NCBI RefSeq assembly: GCF_038025025.1
Contig: NW_027117342.1
Location: 2,294,001 to 2,358,000, forward strand
Origin: Phyllosticta citribraziliensis
Lineage: Eukaryota
Reading direction: 5' to 3'
Length of the DNA stretch: 64,000 nt
Made by a program: the position numbers and the translations under genes. This document shows positions 49,914-61,301 of the stretch, one piece after another. How positions within the stretch are numbered: position 1 is the first letter of the stretch; every line of letters starts with the position of its first letter. A model generated the notes under the pieces. It saw nothing but the letters and a program-made list of their open reading frames with translations. It was not told the origin of the DNA and made no database searches.

Positions 49914-51908
49914 CTAGATAAACTAGTAATAGTTAGTCCCTAAGGTAAAATAGAAGACTAGTTATTTATAAAGGAAAGTATATACTATCTATTCTATAAC
50001 CCTAAGACTTTTATAGAGTATAAATAGGACTAGGATACTATATTCCTTATAGATACTAGTAACTTTCCTATTATTAACTATATTTTAGATATATTTATTA
50101 AAGATTAGTACCTTCCCCTACCTAGTATAAGCCTATCCTCTATAATAATAGGTACCCTCTACTACTTAGCTTATTAAGTAATAATAGATCTAAAGTTCTA
50201 TAACCTCTACTAACTCTAGCTATTTTACTATAAAGATAGAGGACTAAACCTATATTATTACCCTAATAGATAGGCCTTATACTACTAAGATAAGGATAGT
50301 AAGATCTAGTATATAATACTTATAAGGTAGTATAGACTTATTAGTAGGGAAGGCTATAATAAGTATATTAGTAGGAAGAAGCCTAGTAACCCTAATATTA
50401 ATAAAATATACCTCTAGGTAATAGGAGGCCTTACTATCTATAATTATAATAGACTACTTTTCTCTATATATATAGATATCCTAGTCCCTAAGAGTATAAA
50501 GCAGCACCTTTATAAATAAGAAATATAGAATAGAGAAGGCTATTATACTCTTATAATAGACTATATAATAAGAGGTAATATACTACTAATAGAGCTCTAT
50601 ATATTTACTACTACCCTTATAAAAAATAGGAATAAGTAGTCTATAGGTACTAAGTTCTATACTCCTAGAGTAGGAGTAGGTTAGTACTAATATAATAGTC
50701 CTATTAATAATAATAAGGTAGAGCTTATAGAGATACTTTAAGATATACCCCCTCCTAATAAGGATATAATATTATAGGATATAAAACTTAAAGGCCTAGA
50801 TAAGCTTACTCTATAGGTTTACCTAGACTACCCTAACTATACTATATTTATAGTAGATACTAATAATACCCTACTTATAACTTAGGATAAGCTACTTTTA
50901 GCTAAACCTAATAATAATAGTAATAATATTAGTTCTAATACTAGTATAAAAGACCCCTTAATCCCTAATAATAGTCCTACTAACTATAGTAATATAGCTA
51001 ATACTAGTAAAGCTACTTCCCTAGGATACTTAGTAAACTATATAATCTATTAATATCCTAACTTAGGTAAAGTAGGCTCTCTCTACTAATATATAGACCT
51101 AATAGCTATACTCCTTATAATAGAACCTTACTAAGCTATATACCTTATTATTAGAGGAATTATCCCTAATAAGTTTATCTCTTATATAGTAGTTAAGAAC
51201 CTTACTTTCTATATAGGATTAAACTACCTAATCTAGTATATTAGAGAGGACCCTCTAAAATATATATAAATTACTAGGCTATTTACTTTATAGCTACTTA
51301 TACTATATATACTATAGGATATAGATAGTCTAGAGTAATAATTCCTAGGTACTAATATTAGGTTTACTAACTAGTTTATAGGCTATATTCCCTTAGGATA
51401 CCTTTATCCTAATTTCTATATAGATATAGGTATTACTATATATTATATACCTATACTAGGAGAGGATAAAAGTAGTTATAGTACTAATATATAGAAGAAC
51501 CTACTTATCTAGTTATTAGCCCTGCCTTATAATAATAATATAATAGGTAGTAAGGACTAGTTTAATATAGATAAAGATAGAGAGGCTAGTAACTAAATAT
51601 ATTCTAGTATAGACTTATTTCTTTCTTTCTTTACTTCTTTTCTTTCCTTTCTTATCCTAGAAGGGGGATATTTTATAATAGATAGAGGAGGATAGTAAAT
51701 TTTAAGTTAAGGATAACTCCTTTTTTTAGCTACTACTATTATAGTCTATAGATAGTTAGGGACACCTTAGGTAAGTAAGGCAGGTACTAGCTAATAGGCT
51801 TAGAAGTATAAGTAAGTAGATAGAATAAGTAGGGCCCTAGGGCCAAGATAGAAATAATAATAATATAATCCTTACTTAAGAAAAGACATCCTAACTAAAC
51901 TTATAACA

Positions 51909-54900
51909 TTATATAACTAAGCTATACCCTATAATTAGACTAATTAGGCCTTAGCTAAGTAGGATATCCTACCTAATAAGCTAGAAGAGCTAGAGGAAAC
52001 TATCTTATATAATAATACTTATACTAAGAAAAAGGGAAAAGGAAAGGGAAAGAAGTAAAGTAAATAGATAGTAGAGAATAGTTCTAAGTAGTAAAAAGGA
52101 GAGACTAGAGAGTAGAAGTTAAGGTTAATAGTATTTATATAAGGGTAGATAGTAAACTAATTAGTCTACTTTCTATATCTTTATAATATTTATTTTAGAC
52201 CTAAGTAACTTATTTTTTTATTACTTATTATTTAGGGCTATTCTTATAGGAAGGTAGTCTTCTATTTTTCTAGATTTTTAGGTAGTCCTACTACTATTAG
52301 GTAGGAAGAGTAGAACTCTTTAATTCTCTATAGTATACTACTAAAAGAACTTATATTATACTACTAATTATCTTAATTATATCTAGTCTATTATACTTAA
52401 TATTAAAGTTTTCTATATAAGACTTAGCTAGCTTAAATATAGTCTACTTCCTATTTAGGCTTATCTTAAATAATCTTAAGTTCTAGTTTAGTATACTCCT
52501 AACTAGGAAGTTTCTCTATTAAGGCTTTATAGAGTCTATTAGTATAGAAAAGATTAACTATCTTTATATATAAGGGAAGGTTAAGGATATATAAAGGTCC
52601 TTATATCCTTAAAATCTAGAAAGGTCTAGTATTTAGAAAGTCTAATTTTAGGTTTAGCTAGTTAGTAGACTATCCTATTTTCTTAATATAAATATAATCT
52701 CTAACTATAAAGTCTAGTATATAATAGTATTTATTAGCTTATTAGTATATATACTCTTAAGATTTAAGAATAAGGTTCTTAGTAAACTTAAAAGCTTCTT
52801 ATCTTCTTTTTTATAGTATTTATACTACTATATAAGCTATTTTCTCTAGAGCCTAAGGAATCTCTATTTATTATTACTAATTATAATATATTTATAGGGA
52901 ATATCCTAATTTAATCTTAAAGGGGGAAAGTCTAGTAGCTTTATAAGGAAGTATTACTTATATAAGGTCTATAGAGGGTAGAAGGCCTAACTAGTTATTC
53001 TAGAAATAGTTAATAAAAGGTCTTAGCCTTTATATAAGGTACTAATTAATAATTTCTATAATACTATTAGTTTAAGAGTAATATAAGGAGTTAAAATACT
53101 ATTTAATACTAGTAAGCTTATATAGTCTATTTATAAATATAGAGATAAACTATAGGCCTTAGTTAGAAAGGATAGACTTAGGATTTCTATAGATATAGTA
53201 GATATACTTATAGAAGAGTCTTAAGACTTCTTTAGTATTAATCTTCTTTATATAAGGTAAACTAAAGGTCTATTAACTTAACTACTCTACTATAACTAAG
53301 ATTATATTATAGCCCTTTTAATTCTTAGGTATTTTTTAAAAATCTATAGCTAAGTATTACTAGGGATAAGTAGGAATCTTAAGAGGTTATAAAAGGCCTA
53401 GATCCTTATTATAAAATTCTTTAGTTTAATAATAGATATAGTATCCTTATCTATAAATATCTATTATATAATATATAGTAGGCTAATAGTAATATTATTT
53501 AAAGAGTTTATATATTTTTATAATACTAGGGTATATAGTTATATATATAGTATATAAAGTATTAAGAGTTCTTATATAGAGGTTATCTTAATCTAGTATA
53601 AAGAGAGTACTATATTATAATAAGAGACTATCCTTTAGTTCCTAACTATTTCTTTATTCTAGGTCTTTTTATTAAGTTTATTATCTCTAGAGTTTAGATT
53701 AAGGATCTTCTCTATTTATATAGAGAAGTTTATCTAAAAATAGTACTAGAGGTAGAAGGTCTTATTCTATAACTAAGAGAGGGATAATAGTTTCTAGAAG
53801 AATAAGGTATATCTCTTATATAGCTTTTATCTTTTCTTTCTAAGTCTTTAGGTCCTCTTATTTTCTAGTAAGATAATTAGTAATAATATTTTCCTTTTCT
53901 AGTTAGTAGGAGAATTATATATAGAATTTAGTAAAGAATTTAGACTATCTAGCCTATTATTAGTTAAGTTATTATTTTATAGAGTAATACTCTAGTACTT
54001 AATAGTCTATAATTATAAGAAAAGGGTTTTTAAGGCTAATAAGTATAGGTCTCTATTCTTCTAGCCTATTCTTAATAGCTAATAGTTCTTTATCTAAGAT
54101 ACTATAGTAAAGTTCTATATAAGCTATTACTTTAGAGTAGAAGGCTACTAGTTTCTATTTATATAAAGGTTTTTAGAGCTATATTAGAATACTAGTAGTA
54201 ACTCTATTACTTATATCTATCTCTATATAAGTATTAAGAGTAGGATTATAGTTTATAAAGAGTATATTACTATATATAAGCTTCTTAAATTCTTAGATTA
54301 CCTCTTCTTCTAGTAGTCCTAGTTATTACTATTTTATCTTAAAGTATAGCTTCTCTAATAGCTAGCTAATCTATCTATAGTTAAGAAGAAATTATTAATA
54401 GAAATTATAGAAACCTAAGAAGGATTAAAGAGCCTATAGAGTTTTAGGTACTAGCTAGTTTTATATAGGTTCTACCTTATTAGGATCTATTTAAATACTA
54501 TCTATAGATATAATATATCTAAGAAACTTTATATAAGTAATAGAAAATTTACTCTTTTTAAGATCTATCTAAAGTCCTACTTTCTATAGTCTTACTAGTA
54601 CTTTCTTTACTTATTCCTTATATTCTATAGGGTCTTTAGAGATAATAAGTATATTATCTATAAAAGCTACTATAAAATTATCTAAATACTTAAAGAGAAC
54701 TTAATTAATAAATTATTAAAAGGCTATAGGTCTATTACTTAATCTAAATAGAAGGATATAGTATTTAAATAAGCTATACCTTATATAAAAAGTAGTCTTA
54801 TTTTCTAAGTTTAGTATAAGTTAAATATAGTAGAAAGCTTATTAAATATCTAGCTTTATATAAATTTTACCCTTTCTAATATACTAAAGTAACTCTAAAA

Positions 54901-55583
54901 TAAGAGGAAGAGGATATAAATCCTTAGTAGTTTAGTAATTAAACTATTAATAATCTATATAAAACCTTTATCCTCTACTAGGCTTTTTTACTACTAGAAT
55001 AGAAGAAGTAAAGGTAGTAAAGCTTTCTATAATAAAGCCTTTTTAAATATTTTCTATAATATATTCCTTTATAGCTTATAGCTACTCTAGAGATTTTCTA
55101 TAGAGGGGACTAGGGGGAAGTTCTAGTAGACCCTTATATATAAGAGATATTTTATAATTAACTCCTATATAATATAGTAGAAGCTTATTTAACTTAGTCT
55201 TAGAGAAGATATCCTAGAATTCCTTTTAAGTAGAAGGTAATTTAGAAGCTAGTAATTCCTTAGTTTCCTTATCTTTAATAGCTTATTAAACTTATATAAG
55301 ATTTATAGTATAAATCTCTATTAGTATAACTTATAATTTATAGATAGAAAGTTTAAAAGTATCTTAGGTTTAAAATTTAATTCCCTTAATAACCTATACT
55401 AAAGAAAGAAGGTATTTATTAAAGTTTTTATCTCTTTAATTTATATCTACCTAGTATTCTTTCTAAGGTATATTACTTTATATAGAAACCTTTAGTAGTT
55501 ATAAAAGATATTAAAAGGATTAGTTAACTAGTAGCTATCTCTAGACTAGTTTATATTTTTTATAGTTAGAAAGAATATTATAC
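51909..55583 (-). mobile_element. Family D Gypsy chromovirus fragment (RT, RNase H, integrase, chromodomain, tail of antisense ORF)
   Basis: De-RIP minus strand gives LFEYLDDFVVAFVDDVLI (~54.65 kb) and chromodomain WEVDRI...LQYQVQWTGY (~52.3-52.45 kb). 51940-52630 aligns with 63300-64000. Confidence 0.88.
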
Positions 55584-58500
55584 TGTGAGACGGCGGAGTG
55601 GACTCAGCTTAGAGACTGCCTTAGGCTTGCTAATATTATATGACGCGCAGGGATTAAGGAAGAAGTATATAGTCTGGCCTTATAAACTTAGTCTAGAGAG
55701 AGGGGAGTAAAAAATAAATATACTCTTTCTATACTAGAAGTTCCTACCTAAGGTATAGATTTTCTCTCCTTTATTTAATATCTTTTTCTACTTATTTAAA
55801 CTTAAAAACCCTATCTAAAAACTCTATACTATTTTAGAGAAAATAAATCTTAGTCCCTATTAGGAAATATAAATAATAGAAAGATTAAAAGAGCTATTTA
55901 TAGAAGGTTATTATAGAATAAAGAATAGAGCTATAAATTTAGAATTACTAAATAGAGTACTTTAGAAAAACTAGGTATTTATATAAAATTATATAATTAG
56001 TTATATAATTAATCTCCTCCTACTAAACTAGATAATTTTCTAGGAGATAGTTTTTATTAAGGAGTCTTTACTAGTAGAGTTATTTTCCTAAGGTCCCTTC
56101 CTAGGCTAATAAAATTAGTGACTATACTAGGGGGATAGTATACTAGGTACCCTACTTAGTATATTTAAAGGGGTGAATCTAGACTAGAAAACTATACTAA
56201 AAATATTAAGGAATTTTAGCCTTACTTATAACCTTAATAATATCCTTCTTAAAAAAATACTATAAATAGTAATCTTTACTATAAAAATAGAAGTATAATA
56301 AAGATTAAGGGTAACTTTAAATATTAGAACCCTCTTAATAAAAACTAAGTATATAATAAGACCTTTATAACTAAGCTTAACCCTTTTTTTAAGAAGGAGA
56401 AAAGGGATTAGCTATATTAATAATTAATATAAGTAGAAAAATATCTAAGATAGACTTAATCTAGAGTAGTTATAAGGAAACTACTAGTAGTTTAAGATAG
56501 ACTTTAACTAAGAAGGTTATAATCTAGAGTAGTTATATAAAGAGAAGGAGTACTAAAGGAAGAGAAAGAAATAACTATATATAGAAGGGATAAGTAAAGT
56601 ATATAAGGTTATAGTAGCTATATATAATAGAAGTAAATATATAAGAGATAAGAGTAAGTAATAGTTATAAAGGAGGGGATATTAAATAGTAAATAAGATA
56701 TAAGATATAAAAAGATTAATTAAATAATACTTATAAGGTAAATTTAATTTAATCTACTTTAGTTAACTATCCTTATCTTTTAGTTCTTTTATCTTTTATT
56801 AAAGAAAACTTAGAGTAAAGTAAGAAGCTTTTAAGGTTTAGAGTAACCTTACCTCTAGTTTCTAAAACCTTATTATTATTTCTAGCTAGAGTACCTACTA
56901 TATTATATCTTTAATTAGGTTATCACATTCTATTAAGTTCTTTAAATCTTAGATAAAATTACTAAAAACAAATCTTATTTACTTAGAACCAGTTCTAAAT
57001 AATATCTTTATATTACCTTATTTAAATCCTACCTAGTTAAACCCTCATTATTTAACCTTAAGAAACTAAAGATCTTTTACTAATACTTAAATTTAACTAA
57101 GACTTATAGGAACTTAAGAAGATTACTAAAAATACCTAAATTAAATAAGTTAAGTTATCCCTTAAAAAGATTACTCTTAAATAGACCTTTTAAAACCTTA
57201 AAACTAACTTTAAACTTATCTTCTACCCTCTCTCTAAAGAATATTATTACTACTTTTTAATAATAATAGGATATAATATAACTTATTATTAAGAGATTAG
57301 ATAAGAAGAGCTAAGACTCTATAATATAATATTAGAACTATAGAATCCCCCCTAGTTATTAGCTATACCTTTACCTCTAATTAGTTCTAGGTACTTCTTA
57401 GCTATATTAATATCTATTAAACCCTAACCTCTAGTAGAGAAATATCCCTTCTATAATAAGCTATTATAATTAAATAACTACTCCTAAAGTATAGAACTAC
57501 TATCTACCTACTCTTTATTAAGAAATAAGCTATAAAATAGATATATAACTTTAAATATCTTCTTAACTCTTATAGATATAATAACTAGGCTAAATATATA
57601 GAATTAGTTTAATATTTTAAAGGAAGGGATAACTACTAAGTAGTTAAAATTAAAAAGATAGGGAAGGAGGGGAATTAAAAAATCTTTAAAGAATAATTCC
57701 TTATTAACTACTCTAAAAGAGACCTAGAGAAAGATAAAGAAACTCTAAAGTAGCTTTACTACCTTATAAAGGAAAAGAAGAATCTTTAGAATAACTAGAA
57801 GTACTTTTATTAGTACTAGTAAATATATAAAATAGACTCTAAACTAGTTAAGAAAAAGGGATTTATAATAGAAACCTAATAGATTAAATTATTCTTTAAG
57901 GGCTATCTAGATAAAGATATAGTATAGATTCTTAAGAAATATAATTTTATATAAAGTAAAAGAGATAACTAGTCCTAAGATAAACTAGTTAAGAATATAA
58001 ATAGAGCTAAAGAAATTACTAAAATATTAGAATAAGTCTAGGCTAATAACTTAACTTATTAATTTAAGTATTTACTCTTATAATATCTTAAGCTAGACCT
58101 TAAACTATATAAAAAGATTATCCTAGATTTTAAATTAAATAAATATATTAAACCTTCTACCTTTATAAAACCTATAGCTTTTAAAGAAGGACCCTCTAGT
58201 AAGGTAATTATTAATAATTTTAGAAACTTATTATACTAAGAATTAAACCCTAGTATAAAGGATATAGAAGAACTCTATAAATAGTTTTCCTATCTTAATA
58301 TTAATATAGCTAAAGCCTAATATACTCTTAAATTTAATCCTTACTTTACTTATATATATACTAATAAGGATCTTTATTACTATTACCTCACTTATATATA
58401 CCCTTAATTATATAAATATAATCCTTTAACTAGGCCTTATTAAAATAATTAGAACTTCTTAGCTCCCTTAAATAATTAATAATATCTAATAAATAATTAT

Positions 58501-61301
58501 ATAGAGGTACTACCTAATAGGTAGAATAGATAACCTATTTACTTTATATATAAAGAGGGTAGATATCTTATTTAGAACTATCTAAAAATTAAATTCTATA
58601 AAGATTAAGGCTAGATATATAAATATAAGAATAACTACTTCTCCATTAAAAAAGCTAAGGACTATACTCTATTAATACCCTTAATTATTATTCTAAGAGA
58701 ATTTAGTATAAAAAAGCTAAAAGCTATTAAGTAGGAGTTAAAATAATATAGCTATCTAATTTATAAGTACTAAAAGCTACCTATAAAGAATATTTAGAGT
58801 AATATTACCTACTTCTATAATCTCTACTATAGGCTAGACTAAGAAATAGATATCTTCTTCTTAGGTAACTTAAGAATTATAAGAGACTTTAAAGTTAACT
58901 ACTTTAAGATAAATACTATAGGTATAGATAGAAATATTTATAGCCCCTAATATCTTTAGCCTAATAAGATCTAGAAAGGAAGAATTAAATAACTAATAAA
59001 GGCTTTAGACTTAAAGGTAGGTATTAAATTAACCTTTAAAAGAGCTAAGGTATATAGAAATCTTTATTTTAAGGAGCTTAAAGAAGAATAGGAGGTAGTT
59101 CTAGCTTTTTAACTATAAAATAGACTACTAATAATAGACTAAATTAACTAACTAACCTTTTACTAGACTTTTAGAGTTACCTTACCCTAGATATAAGATA
59201 ATAATATAGATATATAAGATATAAAAGTAGCCCCTAAAAAGGGACCCTCTAGTAATAAGGATACTTAGCCTAATACCTACCCTCTACTTCTTATTAACTC
59301 TCTCTTCTAACTATTATAAAGGGAGATAGTAATTAACTTCTTTAATTAACCTAAAAGCTTCTTAGAATAGAATAAGCTCAAACCTATTATAGATAAGCTT
59401 CTATATTTAAGATTTAATATTAAAGGAATCCTAATAAGGACTATTAGAAATACTATTAGTACTATTTAAATTAGCCTAAGAAGGAGTAAAACCCCTATTA
59501 AAATAGATATAGACCTAATTAAAATATATACTACCCTAATTAATAAAGAAAAAGTTAGTATTAAGGTAATAACTCTAGTTAATAATAGAAGAACTAAATT
59601 AGTTAAAAAGAGTAGACTCTATAATAACTATATAATCTTTATAGCTAAGTACTTTATTATATTTATAGAAAGGATTATAAATAATTAAGTAAAAGAAAAA
59701 GAATAAGCTACCTACTAGAATAAGATTTTTAATAAACTAGAAAAGGAATTTAATACTATAAAATTATACCTACTAGGTCTAGGAAGACTATTCTATCTAA
59801 TCTTTCTAAGAATTATCCTAAGATACTACTAGAAAGGAGAAGACTTATTAGATAATAATAATATATAAGAAGTCCTAAGCTATATAGAATAGTTAGGAAT
59901 AAGGTAATACTAGTATAAAAGAAAAATTATTAAGGATAGATAGATTAGGCTTTATATACTAGAAAGAATTATTTAATATCTTAAATATTAGCTTAATTAT
60001 ACTTAAAAGTAGATTTAAGAATCCTCTAACTAGATTAATAAAAATATATATAGGTATTTTAAACTAAATCTACCTTTAATATTAACTAGACTACCTAAAG
60101 TAATACTATAGCCTAAAAACTCTAAACTAGTTTAGAGTAATTAGATAAAAGAAGAAAAAGCTAGTTTAGAAGCTCTTTTATAGCTTATAAAGGAATAGGG
60201 TTATTAATACTCCTATATAGAGAAAGAGTTCTAAAAGAGGCTAAATAGCTTTATCTTTAATAGAGGAGTCTATAAAGAAGTAAATATTATTTATAAAAAG
60301 AAATAGATAGGTTATATTATTAACTTAGATAAACCCTTAGAGATTATATACTAAGAAAGAGGTTAGGTAGTAGAAGTTAGATAGCTAGAATAAGTTCTTA
60401 TATAAGTTACTAAGTATAACTATATTTAGCTCTATCTAGAAGGTCTAGATTTTAATTATCTAGTATTAAGTATAGAACTAAGGATCTAGGAATTTAATTA
60501 AGACTAATAACTATTTCTAAAACCTATTCTAACTACCTTACTAGTTAGATTTAGAAAGATTTATAGTAAGAGTTCTACTCCTATAGAACTAAAGAAAAAG
60601 AAGTAAAAGTTCTATATTAATACCTTTACCTATAGGCTAGAATAGTACCTAGGTAAAATCTATTATAACTATACTCCTAGCCTAATAAGTACTAAGGTCT
60701 TTAAAGAAGAGTAGAGTATTAGTTATATTCTATTCTATTATAATCTTCTATATATTCTAATTAGTATTAAGATACTCTATAATATAAAAGCTCTTCTAGA
60801 TACTAGAGCTAAGATTAATATAATTTAATAAGATATTATAGAAATAAGTAGTATTATAATTATAGATATACCTAATAAGCTTTAGGATAATATAATAATT
60901 AGTATAAGTAGATAAAAGGGAGAACCTTTTAGATAGTAGATACTAGATTTAGCTATTTTAATTAGAGGAGTACCCTTTAAAGGAGTATTCTTTATTAGCT
61001 AAGAGATAACTTAGCTAATTCTTCTTAAATTACCCTAGCTCTATTAAGTAGGTTTTATATTAAATCTTTTCTTAAATAGACTTACTAAAGGATAACTTAC
61101 CTACCCTAATAATAAGAGCTATATTAATTTCTATCTCTCCTTCCCTAATAGATAATTAACTTAAGGAATTAAGTATAGCTTAAGCTATTATTTAAAAGTT
61201 TAATTTAGAGTTTAGAGTTTATACCTTTCTTATCTTTTCCTATATTAGTAATCCCTTTACTAGATTAAAATAAACTACCTTCCTTCCTTAATTCTAAGTT
61301 T
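55584..61301 (+). mobile_element. Family F Gypsy 5' part: putative long LTR (55584-56927), gag and protease, cut by a family D insertion
   Basis: TGTGAGAC start at 55584 and TATCACA at 56921-56927 (TGTGA...TCACA inverted termini). A long coding-like phase runs ~57.3-61.1 kb with ALLDTGAEINVI-like protease motif at ~60.79 kb. The second LTR is not in the window. Confidence 0.7.

Larger units (their letters stand above)
39600..51600 (+). pseudogene. Extra 3' ORF of family C (about 39.6-40.70 kb + 49.92-51.6 kb), split by the family A insertion
   Basis: About 3 kb lies between the chromodomain and the 3' LTR with persistent codon-like phase that continues across the CTAG junction. De-RIP gives a G-C-D-K-C segment near 50.35 kb. 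Boundaries are approximate. Confidence 0.5.
30789..51908 (+). mobile_element. Gypsy chromovirus (family C), ~11.9 kb excluding the nested family A element; 172-bp LTRs at 30789-30960 and 51737-51908
   Basis: Direct LTR repeats with T(G/A)TTATA...TATAA(C/T)A termini. Recognisable de-RIP motifs: gag DIGYFDP-like (~33.2 kb), RT VVD.RALN and YIDDI (~36.0-36.3 kb), RNase H (~36.8-37.3 kb), integrase YHPQ.DGQSE (~38.3 kb) and chromodomain YLIDWKGW (~38.98 kb). Confidence 0.88.

Noticed and set aside
30789..51908. Dating insertions from LTR-pair divergence
   Set aside because: Differences are dominated by RIP transitions, so they do not reflect a neutral clock.
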